From a virus: a stretch of DNA of 64,000 nt. Positions within the stretch are counted from its first letter, which is position 1. Every line of letters begins with the position of its first letter. The DNA lies in the IMG/VR virus record IMGVR_UViG_3300045988_061465, positions 72,493 to 136,492 of that record; one strand, 5' to 3'. The notes under the pieces are model-generated. The model was given only the letters and a program-made list of their open reading frames with translations. It did no database searches and was not told where the DNA came from. A program made the translations under genes and the position numbers. Shown piece after piece: positions 29,191 to 37,964 of this stretch.

Positions 29191-29597
29191 TATTTCACTA
29201 ATTTTAGTTCACAGCAAATGTTGAGTTTAGGAATAGAAATCCACTCACATATTCCATTGCTATCAACTGGTTTTCCTCCATTGATTGTACAAATAGTAAT
29301 ATGTGGTTTGGCATTTGCACAAGGCAAGTCTGGTATAGTAACTCTAAAAGCTATTGCTTTGTTAGAGAAACCTATTCCATTTACTTCTACCATCCATGAT
29401 TCATCAATCTTCTTTACAAGAGAGTCATATATCTCTTTATCGTTTTGATTTTTGTGGAGTAGAGTACAATGGTCTAGGTATAAAGTACTTCCTCTTTGAA
29501 GGACCAGATTAGTTATAATAGGATTAGCAAAAATGATTTTCATAAGCTCATTCCTATTATGTTCATTTAAAAACAATCCAAAATACTGATAATCCAT
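29190..29597 (-). CDS. 2H phosphoesterase superfamily protein (LigT / Acb1-like)
   Basis: Two H-x-T-x motifs, HCTLLH and HITICT, separated by about 80 residues in a 135-aa protein. Confidence 0.45.
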   Translation of the reverse strand: MDYQYFGLFLNEHNRNELMKIIFANPIITNLVLQRGSTLYLDHCTLLHKNQNDKEIYDSLVKKIDESWMVEVNGIGFSNKAIAFRVTIPDLPCANAKPHITICTINGGKPVDSNGICEWISIPKLNICCELKLVK

Positions 29598-29801
29598 ATT
29601 TTACAAATCTAACGTTAGTAATTCTAAATTGTGGGAGTGTATTCAGATTCGAACTGAATGTATGCTATTATTTTACCCATATTCACATACACAGGTGTTT
29701 ATTTTCTATCTTTCGATGTTAGTAAACTGAACTAGTATTGTTTACCCTTTATTTTCAGTATACCTGCTCTAGATTTCCGTTTATTTCTAGTACACTCCAA
29801 G

Positions 29802-29875
29802 TGGACCCAGAGGGCTTTGAACCCCCGACCTTCAGATTATGAGTCTGCTGCTCTGACCAACTGAGCTATGGGTCC
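29802..29875 (-). tRNA. tRNA with CAU anticodon (elongator Met or Ile-lysidine type)
   Basis: Acceptor GGACCCA/TGGGTCC is perfect. D-arm TAGCTCAGTTGGTCAGAGC. Anticodon loop CTCATAA. T-arm GGGGGTTCAAAGCCCTC. Confidence 0.7.
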
Positions 29876-30151
29876 AGATTTAGTCTCACTATCGTAGGAC
29901 TATAAGCTTCCAACGTCCGACTGGCTACGGAAGGTTATTTACCGGTCTAATAACCTATTCTACTACTTTTCTATAATTCTCTTTATCCATAATTATATAA
30001 TTTAGAAATACAGCCTTACTACCCCTATGTTCCTAGTTATTCTTTAGCTAGCTTTAGATTATTACTAGGTAATACCGCAACGGATTTATTCAGCTGACTT
30101 TACCGCCTCTTGGTATGCAAGGCTAGGTCTCCCTAGCGAAGCTGTATTTAG

Positions 30152-30223
30152 TTGGGCTACCAGGACTCGAACCTGGACTCTCAGAATCAAAATCTGATGT
30201 GACTACCATTACACCATAGCCCA
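30152..30223 (-). tRNA. tRNA-Gln (anticodon UUG)
   Basis: TGGGCTATGGTGTAATGGTAGTCACATCAGATTTTGATTCTGAGAGTCCAGGTTCGAGTCCTGGTAGCCCAA has a U1-A72 pair and a Gln-like architecture. Confidence 0.75.
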
Positions 30224-30285
30224 GTTTAACTTAGCTATTCTCTCGAACCGTTAAGCCCATATTTACCATGAAAACACACAATGCG

Positions 30286-30360
30286 TGGGAACGCCGAGAA
30301 TTGAACTCAAGCCTAGGGTTTTTCAGACCCTCGTGCAACAACCACCTACACCACATTCCC
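30286..30360 (-). tRNA. tRNA-Phe (anticodon GAA)
   Basis: Acceptor GGGAATG/CGTTCCC. Anticodon stem AGGGT/ACCCT with loop CTGAAAA. Confidence 0.65.
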
Positions 30361-30610
30361 ATGTCCGTTTAATATATATAGGCATAGAAGAAGTAAACGG
30401 ATAAAACCTTCGTTCTATGGAAAGAGTCCCAAAGCAAGTTATACACTAAGTAATATGTTACGCACATATCAAAGCGACTTCAACAGACTTATGTCTACTA
30501 GCATTGTACACTACTAATAGAGTTTTGTTGGACCGTCCCTCAACCACCGCATCATATACTGACGTAAGGGGTCTACGCAGTCAATAGCCTACTCTGTGCA
30601 CTTTCAGCTA

Positions 30611-30847
30611 TCATTGTAATTTTAATACTTTTTTGTTCCACCAGTTAGTTAAATCTTGTAAAGAAAACTTAAATTCTTCCTCAAACTTTTCTACTGGAAC
30701 AGTTTCATCTCCTAATTCTATTGCCCATCTCCAGCAAGCTTCTGTTTCAGCTACGTCAATAGGCTCCTCCATTAGCCAAGTATCATCCATAAGCATATCA
30801 AGAAATGACTTATGAAAAGACTTAAATATTTCAATTCTTTCTTCCAT
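30611..30847 (-). CDS. hypothetical protein (78 aa)
   Basis: ORF track. Confidence 0.4.
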   Translation of the reverse strand: MEERIEIFKSFHKSFLDMLMDDTWLMEEPIDVAETEACWRWAIELGDETVPVEKFEEEFKFSLQDLTNWWNKKVLKLQ

Positions 30848-30863
30848 AGTACATTTTATTAAG

Positions 30864-30949
30864 CGGAGGCAGCTGGATTCGAACCAGCGGGACCCGAAGG
30901 CCCTCCGTCTTAGCAGGACGGTGGTTTAAGCCACTCACCCATACCTCCA
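30864..30949 (-). tRNA. tRNA-Ser (anticodon GCU), type II
   Basis: Acceptor GGAGGTA/TGCCTCC. Anticodon stem CCGTC/GACGG with loop CTGCTAA. Long variable arm. T-arm GCTGGTTCGAATCCAGC. Confidence 0.7.
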
Positions 30950-31010
30950 AATTGCGAAGGGGCTTTTGTTATACTTTACTATTGAAATTGTAAAGCCCCT
31001 TCGCTGTGAA

Positions 31011-32984
31011 TTACTTCACTTCTTCAAACTCAGTTGTTTCGGCTTTCTTCTCCTCCAACTCTTTCTTGCCAAGAATACTTTTCAGTGTATCAGCGAAAGG
31101 TATAGAGCGAAGCAAGTCGAACGCAGGATTCAAGTTCTCAGCAGTTTTAGCCATGAAGTTACCAGCGGTATTCTCGTTACCATAAACAGTAACCTGTCCA
31201 AGGTGAACGTGTTCAAACATCTGAGCAGATGCTTCTGCAATACCTGTCAACTGGTCAACTGTCTTATACTGAACCACCATTTCCGGAGTCAAGCCAGATT
31301 CAATCATCTTCTGGACTGCCAGAGCGGGAGCCATTTCAATAGCCTGGACTTTATCAGCCTCAGCCATTAAAGATGCTCTCTTACCCTCAGCTTCAGCAAG
31401 CAGTTTCTTTCTTGTACCTTCAGCTTCGGCTTCTAGCTGCAACTTTGTAGCATTTGCTTTAGCTTCTGCTTCTTTCAGAATTTCAGCAGCCTTGGCTTCT
31501 GCCTCAAGTACGGCTTTCTGCTTAACGGCTTCTGCCTCAATTGTGATACGTTCCTTCTCCTTTTGAGCGGGAACAATCGTCTCAGCATGAAGCTTAGCTT
31601 CCATAGCCAATGCAGCTGCTTCGTTTACTTCCAGTTGCTTTTCTTGCTTGGTTTTCTCGATAGTCATTTGAGCTTCTACCTTAGAAGTTCCTGCTACCTT
31701 TTCAGCTTCAGCCTTAGCTTTCTCGGCTTCTCCCTTAGCTTTAGAGACTTCAATTGTAGCATTTTGTTCTGCCACTCCTGCAATCTTATCAGCTTCGGCT
31801 GCCTTTACACGCTTGTCTGACTCATACTTAGCAACTGCAGCTTCCTGTTCGTTAATTGCCTTTTGCGTCTCAGCTTCCTGTTTTTGTTTAGCCTGAGCAA
31901 TACGAGTTTGTTTCTCTGCTTCTGCTTCTGCTTTCTTAGAGTCAGCTTCTGCTTTAGCCTTAGCTACATTAGCCTCAGCCAGTGATTCAGACTCTGCTCT
32001 ATTAGAATCGGCTTCTGCTTGAGCTTTAGCTATAGCTGAAATTTTCTCAGCTTCTGCTTTAGCTTTCTCCGATTCTGCTGCGGTATTAGCTTTAGCAATA
32101 TTGGCAGCTTGCTCAGCTTTCTGATTAGCAATACCTGATTGCTTATTCTTCTCAGCTTCTGCAAGTTTGATTTCTTTCTCCTGGTTAATCTCTGCCACAC
32201 GAACCTCTTGCTCTTGTCTAGTCTGAGCAACAGTAGTTTCACGCTCTTTCTCAGCGTCTGCTACAGCAATTTCACGTTGTTTGTTGGTTTCTGCAATCTG
32301 AATATCTCCTTTCTTCTTCTCTTCTGCAATGTCAGCCTGTGCCTGAGCAAGAGCTTTAGTTGCAGCTTTCTGACCTAGATTCTTGATATAGTTTGCATCA
32401 TCCGAAATATCAGCATTGTTAATGTTGATAATACTGAAACCTACCTTATTCAACTCGGTCTCAATATTCTCCTTAGCTTTGCCAATAAACTTGATTCTAT
32501 CAGCATTAATTTCCTCAATCGTCATTGTAGCCATTAAGCTTCTCACTTCACCAATGAGAATATCCTTGATTTGGTCTGAGATTTCAGAAGTTTTAGCTGT
32601 TAAGAATCTACTTGCAGCATTTTGCATTAATGTTTGAGTAGTTCCAATACCAGTGGTCAATGTTACAGGAATAGTTACCTTAATCATTTGACTGGAAACA
32701 CCAGTAACATTTACTTGAATTTGGATAGGTTTCAAGGACATTTTAGCCCAGTCTTGAATTACTGGCATTACGAATGTACCTCCACCATGAATGATTTTGG
32801 ACGGCAGAATAACTTCCTCCGACTTTCCAGTCTTCTCGTTAACTACCTTTTTCTTACCAGCCTTACCAAATACAACCAAGATTTCATCACTAGCACACTT
32901 ACGATACCGTGACAAAAGTCCAATAAAGGTTAAAACTACTAGCAATACAATAACACCTGCTACAATAAGAGTTTCTGTTGTCAT
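31011..32984 (-). CDS. flotillin-like SPFH-domain protein (YqiK family) with very long Ala/Glu/Lys coiled coil
   Basis: 657 aa. N-terminal transmembrane segment, then an SPFH core, then about 350 residues of AEAEK/AKAEAE repeats. Confidence 0.65.
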   Translation of the reverse strand: MTTETLIVAGVIVLLVVLTFIGLLSRYRKCASDEILVVFGKAGKKKVVNEKTGKSEEVILPSKIIHGGGTFVMPVIQDWAKMSLKPIQIQVNVTGVSSQMIKVTIPVTLTTGIGTTQTLMQNAASRFLTAKTSEISDQIKDILIGEVRSLMATMTIEEINADRIKFIGKAKENIETELNKVGFSIININNADISDDANYIKNLGQKAATKALAQAQADIAEEKKKGDIQIAETNKQREIAVADAEKERETTVAQTRQEQEVRVAEINQEKEIKLAEAEKNKQSGIANQKAEQAANIAKANTAAESEKAKAEAEKISAIAKAQAEADSNRAESESLAEANVAKAKAEADSKKAEAEAEKQTRIAQAKQKQEAETQKAINEQEAAVAKYESDKRVKAAEADKIAGVAEQNATIEVSKAKGEAEKAKAEAEKVAGTSKVEAQMTIEKTKQEKQLEVNEAAALAMEAKLHAETIVPAQKEKERITIEAEAVKQKAVLEAEAKAAEILKEAEAKANATKLQLEAEAEGTRKKLLAEAEGKRASLMAEADKVQAIEMAPALAVQKMIESGLTPEMVVQYKTVDQLTGIAEASAQMFEHVHLGQVTVYGNENTAGNFMAKTAENLNPAFDLLRSIPFADTLKSILGKKELEEKKAETTEFEEVK

Positions 32985-33001
32985 CTTTTAAAAATTCTTT
33001 T

Positions 33002-33520
33002 TTAGTTAAAATAATACTTTCCATTCTCAAATTTAGAAATTACCACACGAGTACCAACCATATATCCCATTTTTGGGACTTCTGGATAGGCCACAATTTC
33101 CTCAGAACCTCCATTTACTTCAATAGTAATGAAGAAATGGTTTTCACAAGGGACTGTGATAATCCCAACCCTTCCAATCAAGGCTTCACCCTCTTCTGGA
33201 ATAACTTGATGCTGGAGTTTTAAACAGAGTTTATATAAGTAGTAAAGTATAACCACGAAAAGAATACCGCATACTAATGCGATTAGATAATCATACCATT
33301 CTACAGAATGAGATACGGACTGCTTAACACAAAGCCATCCACTAACTCCCATTATAAAATGGACTAATCCCTTAAATGAGACAATATCACTCACATTCAT
33401 ATCTAGTTCTCCATCCAAATCAACATCTAAGTCAGTGTCTCCACCAAACCAAGATAAGATGAATTGAACTAGAAAAATACCATATGAAATGGCTGCCAAA
33501 AGATAATACACTTCACTCAT
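33002..33520 (-). CDS. NfeD-like membrane protein (partner of SPFH/flotillin)
   Basis: Multiple transmembrane helices, then a C-terminal soluble beta-rich domain (GRVGIITVPCENHFFITIEVNGGSEEIVAY...VVISKFENGKYYF). Adjacent to and co-oriented with the flotillin-like gene. Confidence 0.5.
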   Translation of the reverse strand: MSEVYYLLAAISYGIFLVQFILSWFGGDTDLDVDLDGELDMNVSDIVSFKGLVHFIMGVSGWLCVKQSVSHSVEWYDYLIALVCGILFVVILYYLYKLCLKLQHQVIPEEGEALIGRVGIITVPCENHFFITIEVNGGSEEIVAYPEVPKMGYMVGTRVVISKFENGKYYFN

Positions 33521-33747
33521 CTCTTACAATATTTACAATCTGGGTCATGAACTACTCCACTGGTTCTAGATCTTTCATATCCCTCAGTAAACTTAATGTA
33601 ATAATGATTTTTGTACCGAAAGTGAATCACAGCGTCAAACGGAATGATTCCATCTGGAACACTCTTTGTTGCCTCTGACTCAAGAGTCGGTCTAGAACAG
33701 CTACACAATAGAGCCAACCCCAATGAAATAATTGTTAACTTTTTCAT
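33517..33747 (-). CDS. small lipoprotein (76 aa)
   Basis: Signal peptide plus lipobox LLCSCS. Confidence 0.4.
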   Translation of the reverse strand: MKKLTIISLGLALLCSCSRPTLESEATKSVPDGIIPFDAVIHFRYKNHYYIKFTEGYERSRTSGVVHDPDCKYCKR

Positions 33748-33771
33748 AATCTAATTTATTAATTAAAATAG

Positions 33772-33845
33772 CATAGGATAAAGGATTCGAACCCTTACTT
33801 TCGGTTTTGGAGACCGACGTGCTAACCGTTAAACACCAATCCTAT
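33772..33845 (-). tRNA. tRNA-Trp (anticodon CCA)
   Basis: Acceptor ATAGGAT/ATCCTAT. Anticodon stem TCGGT/ACCGA with loop CTCCAAA. T-arm AAGGGTTCGAATCCTTT. Confidence 0.7.
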
Positions 33846-33851
33846 ATGTTG

Positions 33852-33903
33852 CGGAAGGACAGGGATTCGAACCCTGGGGACGTGTTACCGCCCGACGGTT
33901 TTG
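33852..33903 (-). other. orphan tRNA 3' fragment (T-arm plus acceptor 3' strand) directly downstream of tRNA-Ser(UGA)
   Basis: CAGGGTTCGAATCCCTGTCCTTCC. Its acceptor 3' strand TCCTTCC resembles the TGCTTCC of the upstream tRNA-Ser. Confidence 0.45.
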
Positions 33904-33995
33904 AGGAAGCAGTGGGACTCCAACCCACACATCGCTTTTACACGATTACTGGTAGTTTTCAAGACTACTGCCTTAGCAATTAGGCTTATACTTCC
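33904..33995 (-). tRNA. tRNA-Ser (anticodon UGA), type II with TTGGAGT T-loop
   Basis: Acceptor GGAAGTA/TGCTTCC. Anticodon stem GTAGT/ACTAC with loop CTTGAAA. Long variable arm with an ATCG/CGAT stem. T-arm GTGGGTTGGAGTCCCAC. Confidence 0.55.
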
Positions 33996-33996
33996 A

Positions 33997-34389
33997 TTAC
34001 AATGAAACTTTATATTTGTCCCATTTATCCGTGAGAGTTAGAGTACTTTTAACTGTAATCTCACTTGAAGGAATCTCATACATATCACCGTTGACTACTA
34101 CAATAAATAATATATCACATGTAGAATTATCAAAGTGTCTAATCTTTGATTGTCCAGAAGAGCCACCACAATTCTTTAATAGAACTTCGTAGTTGCCACT
34201 CTTTGATAGGCATTGAGTAGTTTTAACAGAAACTCTCTTCAACCCATCTTTATCTATTGCTATATCATACTTTTGAGTATCATTTAAAGGAATCAGGACA
34301 GGAATACAATTAGTTGTATAATAAGCTATAGCCCTGCCCAACCCTAAATTGCCTTGATGTGATTTGTAGTCGCTTTCCCAAGCGTTCAT
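33997..34389 (-). CDS. hypothetical protein, possibly PD-(D/E)XK-like (130 aa)
   Basis: ORF track. A weak D...D/ExK-like pattern (YDIAIDKDGLKRVSVKT). Confidence 0.4.
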   Translation of the reverse strand: MNAWESDYKSHQGNLGLGRAIAYYTTNCIPVLIPLNDTQKYDIAIDKDGLKRVSVKTTQCLSKSGNYEVLLKNCGGSSGQSKIRHFDNSTCDILFIVVVNGDMYEIPSSEITVKSTLTLTDKWDKYKVSL

Positions 34390-34552
34390 TTACATAACAT
34401 TAAAGTTTCTAACTATTCATCTAACCGTTGCAATAAACCTGACTCTGCCACCCTTCCAAAAGCTAGTCTTATGACTAGCTAAAAATCATACTAAGAAGCA
34501 ATATTACACAGAATATAGCTGGAATACACCAGCCTATAGCTTGGACTGCTCC

Positions 34553-35032
34553 TCAGCTAAACATGCATATCATTGATGCTATAAAGAATACAATTCCTGT
34601 TAGAACACAGACCCATCCTCCAACATCATCTGCATTGTCAGATAGTTTGCTTTTTCCTATTATAGCAAAATAAATACATAGAATAAGTAAAATAAAGCCT
34701 ACTATCAATCCAGCAATTTCTTTATATAACAATTTCCATACTACAATAGTAATAGCTGTTTGTCCTAAATCTGATTCTGATATTCGTATAGCCGAATCTT
34801 CTACAGCTTTAAGAGTTTCATTAACCGCTACTCCTATTTCTTTACCTAAATTGGCATATTCAGAAACTTCCTTTATTTCACCCTTTATAGCTTTCTCTGT
34901 TGTTATCTTCTCGATTTGAGTTCTAGTTTCACTAGGCAACTTATCATAATCTTCTTGTGATATAGTTATCTGAGAAAAAGCTGCTACGCTCATCCAGAGC
35001 ATAGCAAGCATAAGTACAAGGAACTTTTTCAT
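34553..35032 (-). CDS. membrane protein (signal peptide plus C-terminal transmembrane helices)
   Basis: ORF track. Confidence 0.45.
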   Translation of the reverse strand: MKKFLVLMLAMLWMSVAAFSQITISQEDYDKLPSETRTQIEKITTEKAIKGEIKEVSEYANLGKEIGVAVNETLKAVEDSAIRISESDLGQTAITIVVWKLLYKEIAGLIVGFILLILCIYFAIIGKSKLSDNADDVGGWVCVLTGIVFFIASMICMFS

Positions 35033-35580
35033 TAGTCAAGCCATTCAAATTCTTTACCTTTAAAATGTCTTGCAAAACAAGCATCAAATACTAGCTTTCC
35101 AAACTGAGTTGACACATATTTGGCAATCTCTTCAGATTTGCACACAAGCATCCCAACATCGGAATAGGCAAAGCCGACGTCATTGCGAGAATAGAAATCG
35201 CCAAGACCCGCAATGCCACCAAGAATCGCAAGGCCGCCCACCAACGCGAATTTCTCGCCCTGATAACGGAAGTGTCCAATGACCTCTGCATCTTTCGGCA
35301 CCGATTTCATTCTAAAGAACCGAACCCGAGGATACCATACAGTTCCAGTTAATAGATTGAACTTATGCTTTTCATTCAGCGCATCCAGAATTGTTTGCAA
35401 CTTAGCTAGAGAACTTACGGACCTATTATAGCTAACAACATATCCAAGATAGTCTCTAGCGTCCTCATAGGTCTTTATTCGTCCCATAATATTCTCTGGA
35501 ACAATTTCAACATTACCTGTTTTGGCATTGTAGATAGGCTTGTAGCCATCTGGACATTCAATTTCAATAGTTCTTTTCAT
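35032..35580 (-). CDS. small protein carrying a second DGR variable repeat (VR2) near its C-terminus
   Basis: 182 aa. Residues EKFALVGGLAILGGIAGLGDFYSRNDVGFAYSDVG are encoded by a 96-nt GC-rich segment homologous to the DGR template repeat. Confidence 0.6.
   Translation of the reverse strand: MKRTIEIECPDGYKPIYNAKTGNVEIVPENIMGRIKTYEDARDYLGYVVSYNRSVSSLAKLQTILDALNEKHKFNLLTGTVWYPRVRFFRMKSVPKDAEVIGHFRYQGEKFALVGGLAILGGIAGLGDFYSRNDVGFAYSDVGMLVCKSEEIAKYVSTQFGKLVFDACFARHFKGKEFEWLD
35151..35246 (-). repeat. DGR variable repeat 2 (VR2), remote from the RT
   Basis: The reverse complement aligns over 96 nt with the TR at 62190-62285. About 30 differences sit at TR adenines. One differs at a TR thymine, and the first 4 nt do not match. 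Confidence 0.6.
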
Positions 35581-35609
35581 TTGTTATAATATTTAATAAA
35601 ACATGGTTT

Positions 35610-35685
35610 GGGTGTTATAGCGGATTCGAACCGCTGACCTCTACAGCCACAATGTAGCGTTCTGACCAACTGAACTAATAACACC
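35610..35685 (-). tRNA. tRNA-His (anticodon GUG)
   Basis: Acceptor GGTGTTA/TAACACC with discriminator C. Anticodon stem CTACA/TGTAG with loop TTGTGGC. Confidence 0.7.
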
Positions 35686-35691
35686 ATCAAA

Positions 35692-36144
35692 TTATTCGAA
35701 TAGCGGCAACAACTTATTTCCTAGTATCTTCACCGCTTTCTGTACATCAGCTATGGTTCTAAAATAAACAACACCTGGATATTTTACGTTTTGGTGCATA
35801 ACGACGTACACTCCTTTTATATCAGTTTCCGCCTTTCCAAATAGGGAAGAACCTTTTCCAAGAAAATAACCAGTATTACCCTCTGTTTTGCTCCATCCTT
35901 TATTTAGATAGTTAGCGGTTAGTTGTAGAATGGCCAGAGAAGCAAGTTGTTCTGATGCACTTTTAGGTAATGCTGATATAGTCCACTTTTCTGATTCTAA
36001 TACTTCTAGAAAAGAGGGAATTAGCATTTCTTCACTAAAAGCGGTAAGAGCTAATTTCTTCAAGTCTTCATTACCACTTTCGTACCATTCGCGTGCCTGC
36101 TCCAAAGTTACTTCAAGGCAGGCTTTTGTTTTAATTCTGTTCAT
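35692..36144 (-). CDS. hypothetical protein (150 aa)
   Basis: ORF track. Confidence 0.5.
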   Translation of the reverse strand: MNRIKTKACLEVTLEQAREWYESGNEDLKKLALTAFSEEMLIPSFLEVLESEKWTISALPKSASEQLASLAILQLTANYLNKGWSKTEGNTGYFLGKGSSLFGKAETDIKGVYVVMHQNVKYPGVVYFRTIADVQKAVKILGNKLLPLFE

Positions 36145-36408
36145 CTTATTTATTAGTTTTTAATAGACACCAATCTGGAATTAATACCTTTTTCGTAAGG
36201 TCTTAACATTCCCTCAATTAGTTTATTCTCAGACTCCTTACAGAGTGCTTTCTCGTCATTGAACCAGTCGTTAGGGTCAGGAACAATTAAGCAGTGCGGA
36301 CATTCTCTACACTACTTAATTTCTTTTTGGAATATCACACTAGTACCAGATTTCTGGTAAGTATCCTTCTCCATATTCATACGTTATCATTTTGTATTTA
36401 TTTAAAGG

Positions 36409-36603
36409 TTAAACTAGTTTCCATCCTTCACTCCAATATGACTCCTGTCTATCCATCCAGAATAGTGAAGGGTCAACCATTATACCATCCTCAAATACAT
36501 ATAAACCATTGGAGTTCATACTTACCCATTCATCAGGTCCGAAATACCTATGTCTTACTTTCTTTCCTTCAGACATAGCTTTAATTGCTTTTTCTTTTGT
36601 CAT
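36409..36603 (-). CDS. hypothetical protein (64 aa)
   Basis: ORF track. Confidence 0.35.
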   Translation of the reverse strand: MTKEKAIKAMSEGKKVRHRYFGPDEWVSMNSNGLYVFEDGIMVDPSLFWMDRQESYWSEGWKLV

Positions 36604-36622
36604 AATCTAATTAATTATAGTG

Positions 36623-36706
36623 TGGGATTGGGAGGACTTGAACCTCCAGTCTCAAAAGAGAGCAGATTTACAGTCTGCGCGGCTACCAATTACCGGTTAC
36701 AATCCC
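36623..36706 (-). tRNA. tRNA-Tyr (anticodon GUA), type II
   Basis: Acceptor GGGATTG/CAATCCC. Anticodon stem GCAGA/TCTGC with loop CTGTAAA, identical to the E. coli tRNA-Tyr arm. T-arm GGAGGTTCAAGTCCTCC. Confidence 0.7.
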
Positions 36707-37053
36707 GAATCGACCTAGTAGAGAACCCTGGTTTCCTCATTTAAATATGACTAACCTATATGCAGTGGGTATACATATTTCTAAAATCCATATCCTAGGT
36801 CTCGCTAATAGAGTTTTATTCATAGACAGATTTATAATAATCTATCCAATAGTCTGCTTCCATATCTTCGAAGATTTCTTTAAGTTCTTCATCAGATAAT
36901 CCTTCGTATTTGTCTTCCATAAGTATAATACAAACATTATATAGCTGAGTTTTTCTTTGAACCAATCTAATATCGAATACTCATGATAACACTCCCACAG
37001 TGAGTTATACTCTTCATTATCTAGATTACTACAGTATTTAAGATAACCTTTCA

Positions 37054-37425
37054 TTATATCTTTCTTCTATTAAATAGTCTAAAATATTCGTCAGAGTATA
37101 CATTACATAAATCCTTATACTTTTTTGGCATAGGATAATCAAAGTCATCAAATGCAGATTCTTTAATAAATCCATCATAGAGAGCCATGTTTGCTGTAGT
37201 AACAGCAATATTACAATTGCGCTTCTTTCCCCAGTCAACAATGCTATTCATAACACTATTAAAGTATTCTGTATCATTATCAACCTGTAGGTAAATTTCC
37301 ACTCTGCAAATTGCAGGATTTTTGAATCCTTGTTTACCTTGTCTAAGAGTTATCTTAGATACGAAATTCAAGTCTAGCAAATCTGCTATTCTATCCTTAG
37401 CTACAATTCTAGAAATTCTTATCAT
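37054..37425 (-). CDS. hypothetical protein (123 aa)
   Basis: ORF track. Confidence 0.45.
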   Translation of the reverse strand: MIRISRIVAKDRIADLLDLNFVSKITLRQGKQGFKNPAICRVEIYLQVDNDTEYFNSVMNSIVDWGKKRNCNIAVTTANMALYDGFIKESAFDDFDYPMPKKYKDLCNVYSDEYFRLFNRRKI

Positions 37426-37453
37426 CTTTTGGTAATATTATTTTACATAATTG

Positions 37454-37537
37454 TGGGATAGGTAGGATTCGAACCTACTAAGCCTAAAGGCAACGGATTT
37501 ACAGTCCGTCCCAACTCTCCAACTTTGGCGCTATCCC
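37454..37537 (-). tRNA. tRNA-Tyr (anticodon GUA), second copy, type II
   Basis: Acceptor GGGATAG/CTATCCC. Anticodon stem ACGGA/TCCGT with loop CTGTAAA. T-arm GTAGGTTCGAATCCTAC. Confidence 0.65.
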
Positions 37538-37746
37538 ATAAAAACAATTAACAGATTTGTTCTAATTAACATAACTACTACAATTCTTCCTCTTGGCACC
37601 CCAAGTCCTCTAGTAGCTAATAGCCGCACTAGTGCGTGGTAACAATTTTAAGGAACTCACCTCTGTTAATTGGAGTAATCAGGGATTCATCTACGTAGGC
37701 ACCCAATAGACATTATCTATTCTACTAGTGAATGGTGATTACTTCG

Positions 37747-37819
37747 TCTGGATAGTGTGGCTCGAACACACGACCTCTGCATCCCAAATGCAGCGTTCTA
37801 CCTACTGAACTATATCCAG
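37747..37819 (-). tRNA. tRNA-Pro (anticodon UGG)
   Basis: Acceptor CTGGATA/TATCCAG. Anticodon stem CTGCA/TGCAG with loop TTTGGGA. T-arm GTGTGTTCGAGCCACAC. Confidence 0.7.
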
Positions 37820-37964
37820 GTGTAAGTATGTGTTTCACAACAAATACTCACTGCGTAAGAAAAAGAAAAATTCAAGAAAATCAAATTTTATCTATCTTAG
37901 AAAAGGTGTAATTTAATCTATCTAAAGATATAATACAATCTTTAGCAAAATTAATTCCCTTTGT

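Noticed and set aside
29626-29700. tRNA-like element with T-arm ATTCAGTTCGAATCTGAAT and paired ends GTGTAT/ATACAC
   Set aside because: Only about 28 nt separate the acceptor 5' strand from the T-arm, too short for D and anticodon arms. Treated as a degenerate tRNA remnant, not a gene.
33772-33845. Possibility of UGA reassignment
   Set aside because: tRNA-Trp carries a normal CCA anticodon and no UCA-anticodon tRNA was found. TAG-containing genes (RT, TerL, HNH) terminate at TGA, so UGA is a stop.
35070-35291. ORFs 35070..35282 (+) and 35091..35291 (-)
   Set aside because: Artefacts of the GC-rich VR2 segment inside gene 35032..35580. They are wrong-frame or antisense to the frame that matches the TR-encoded peptide.
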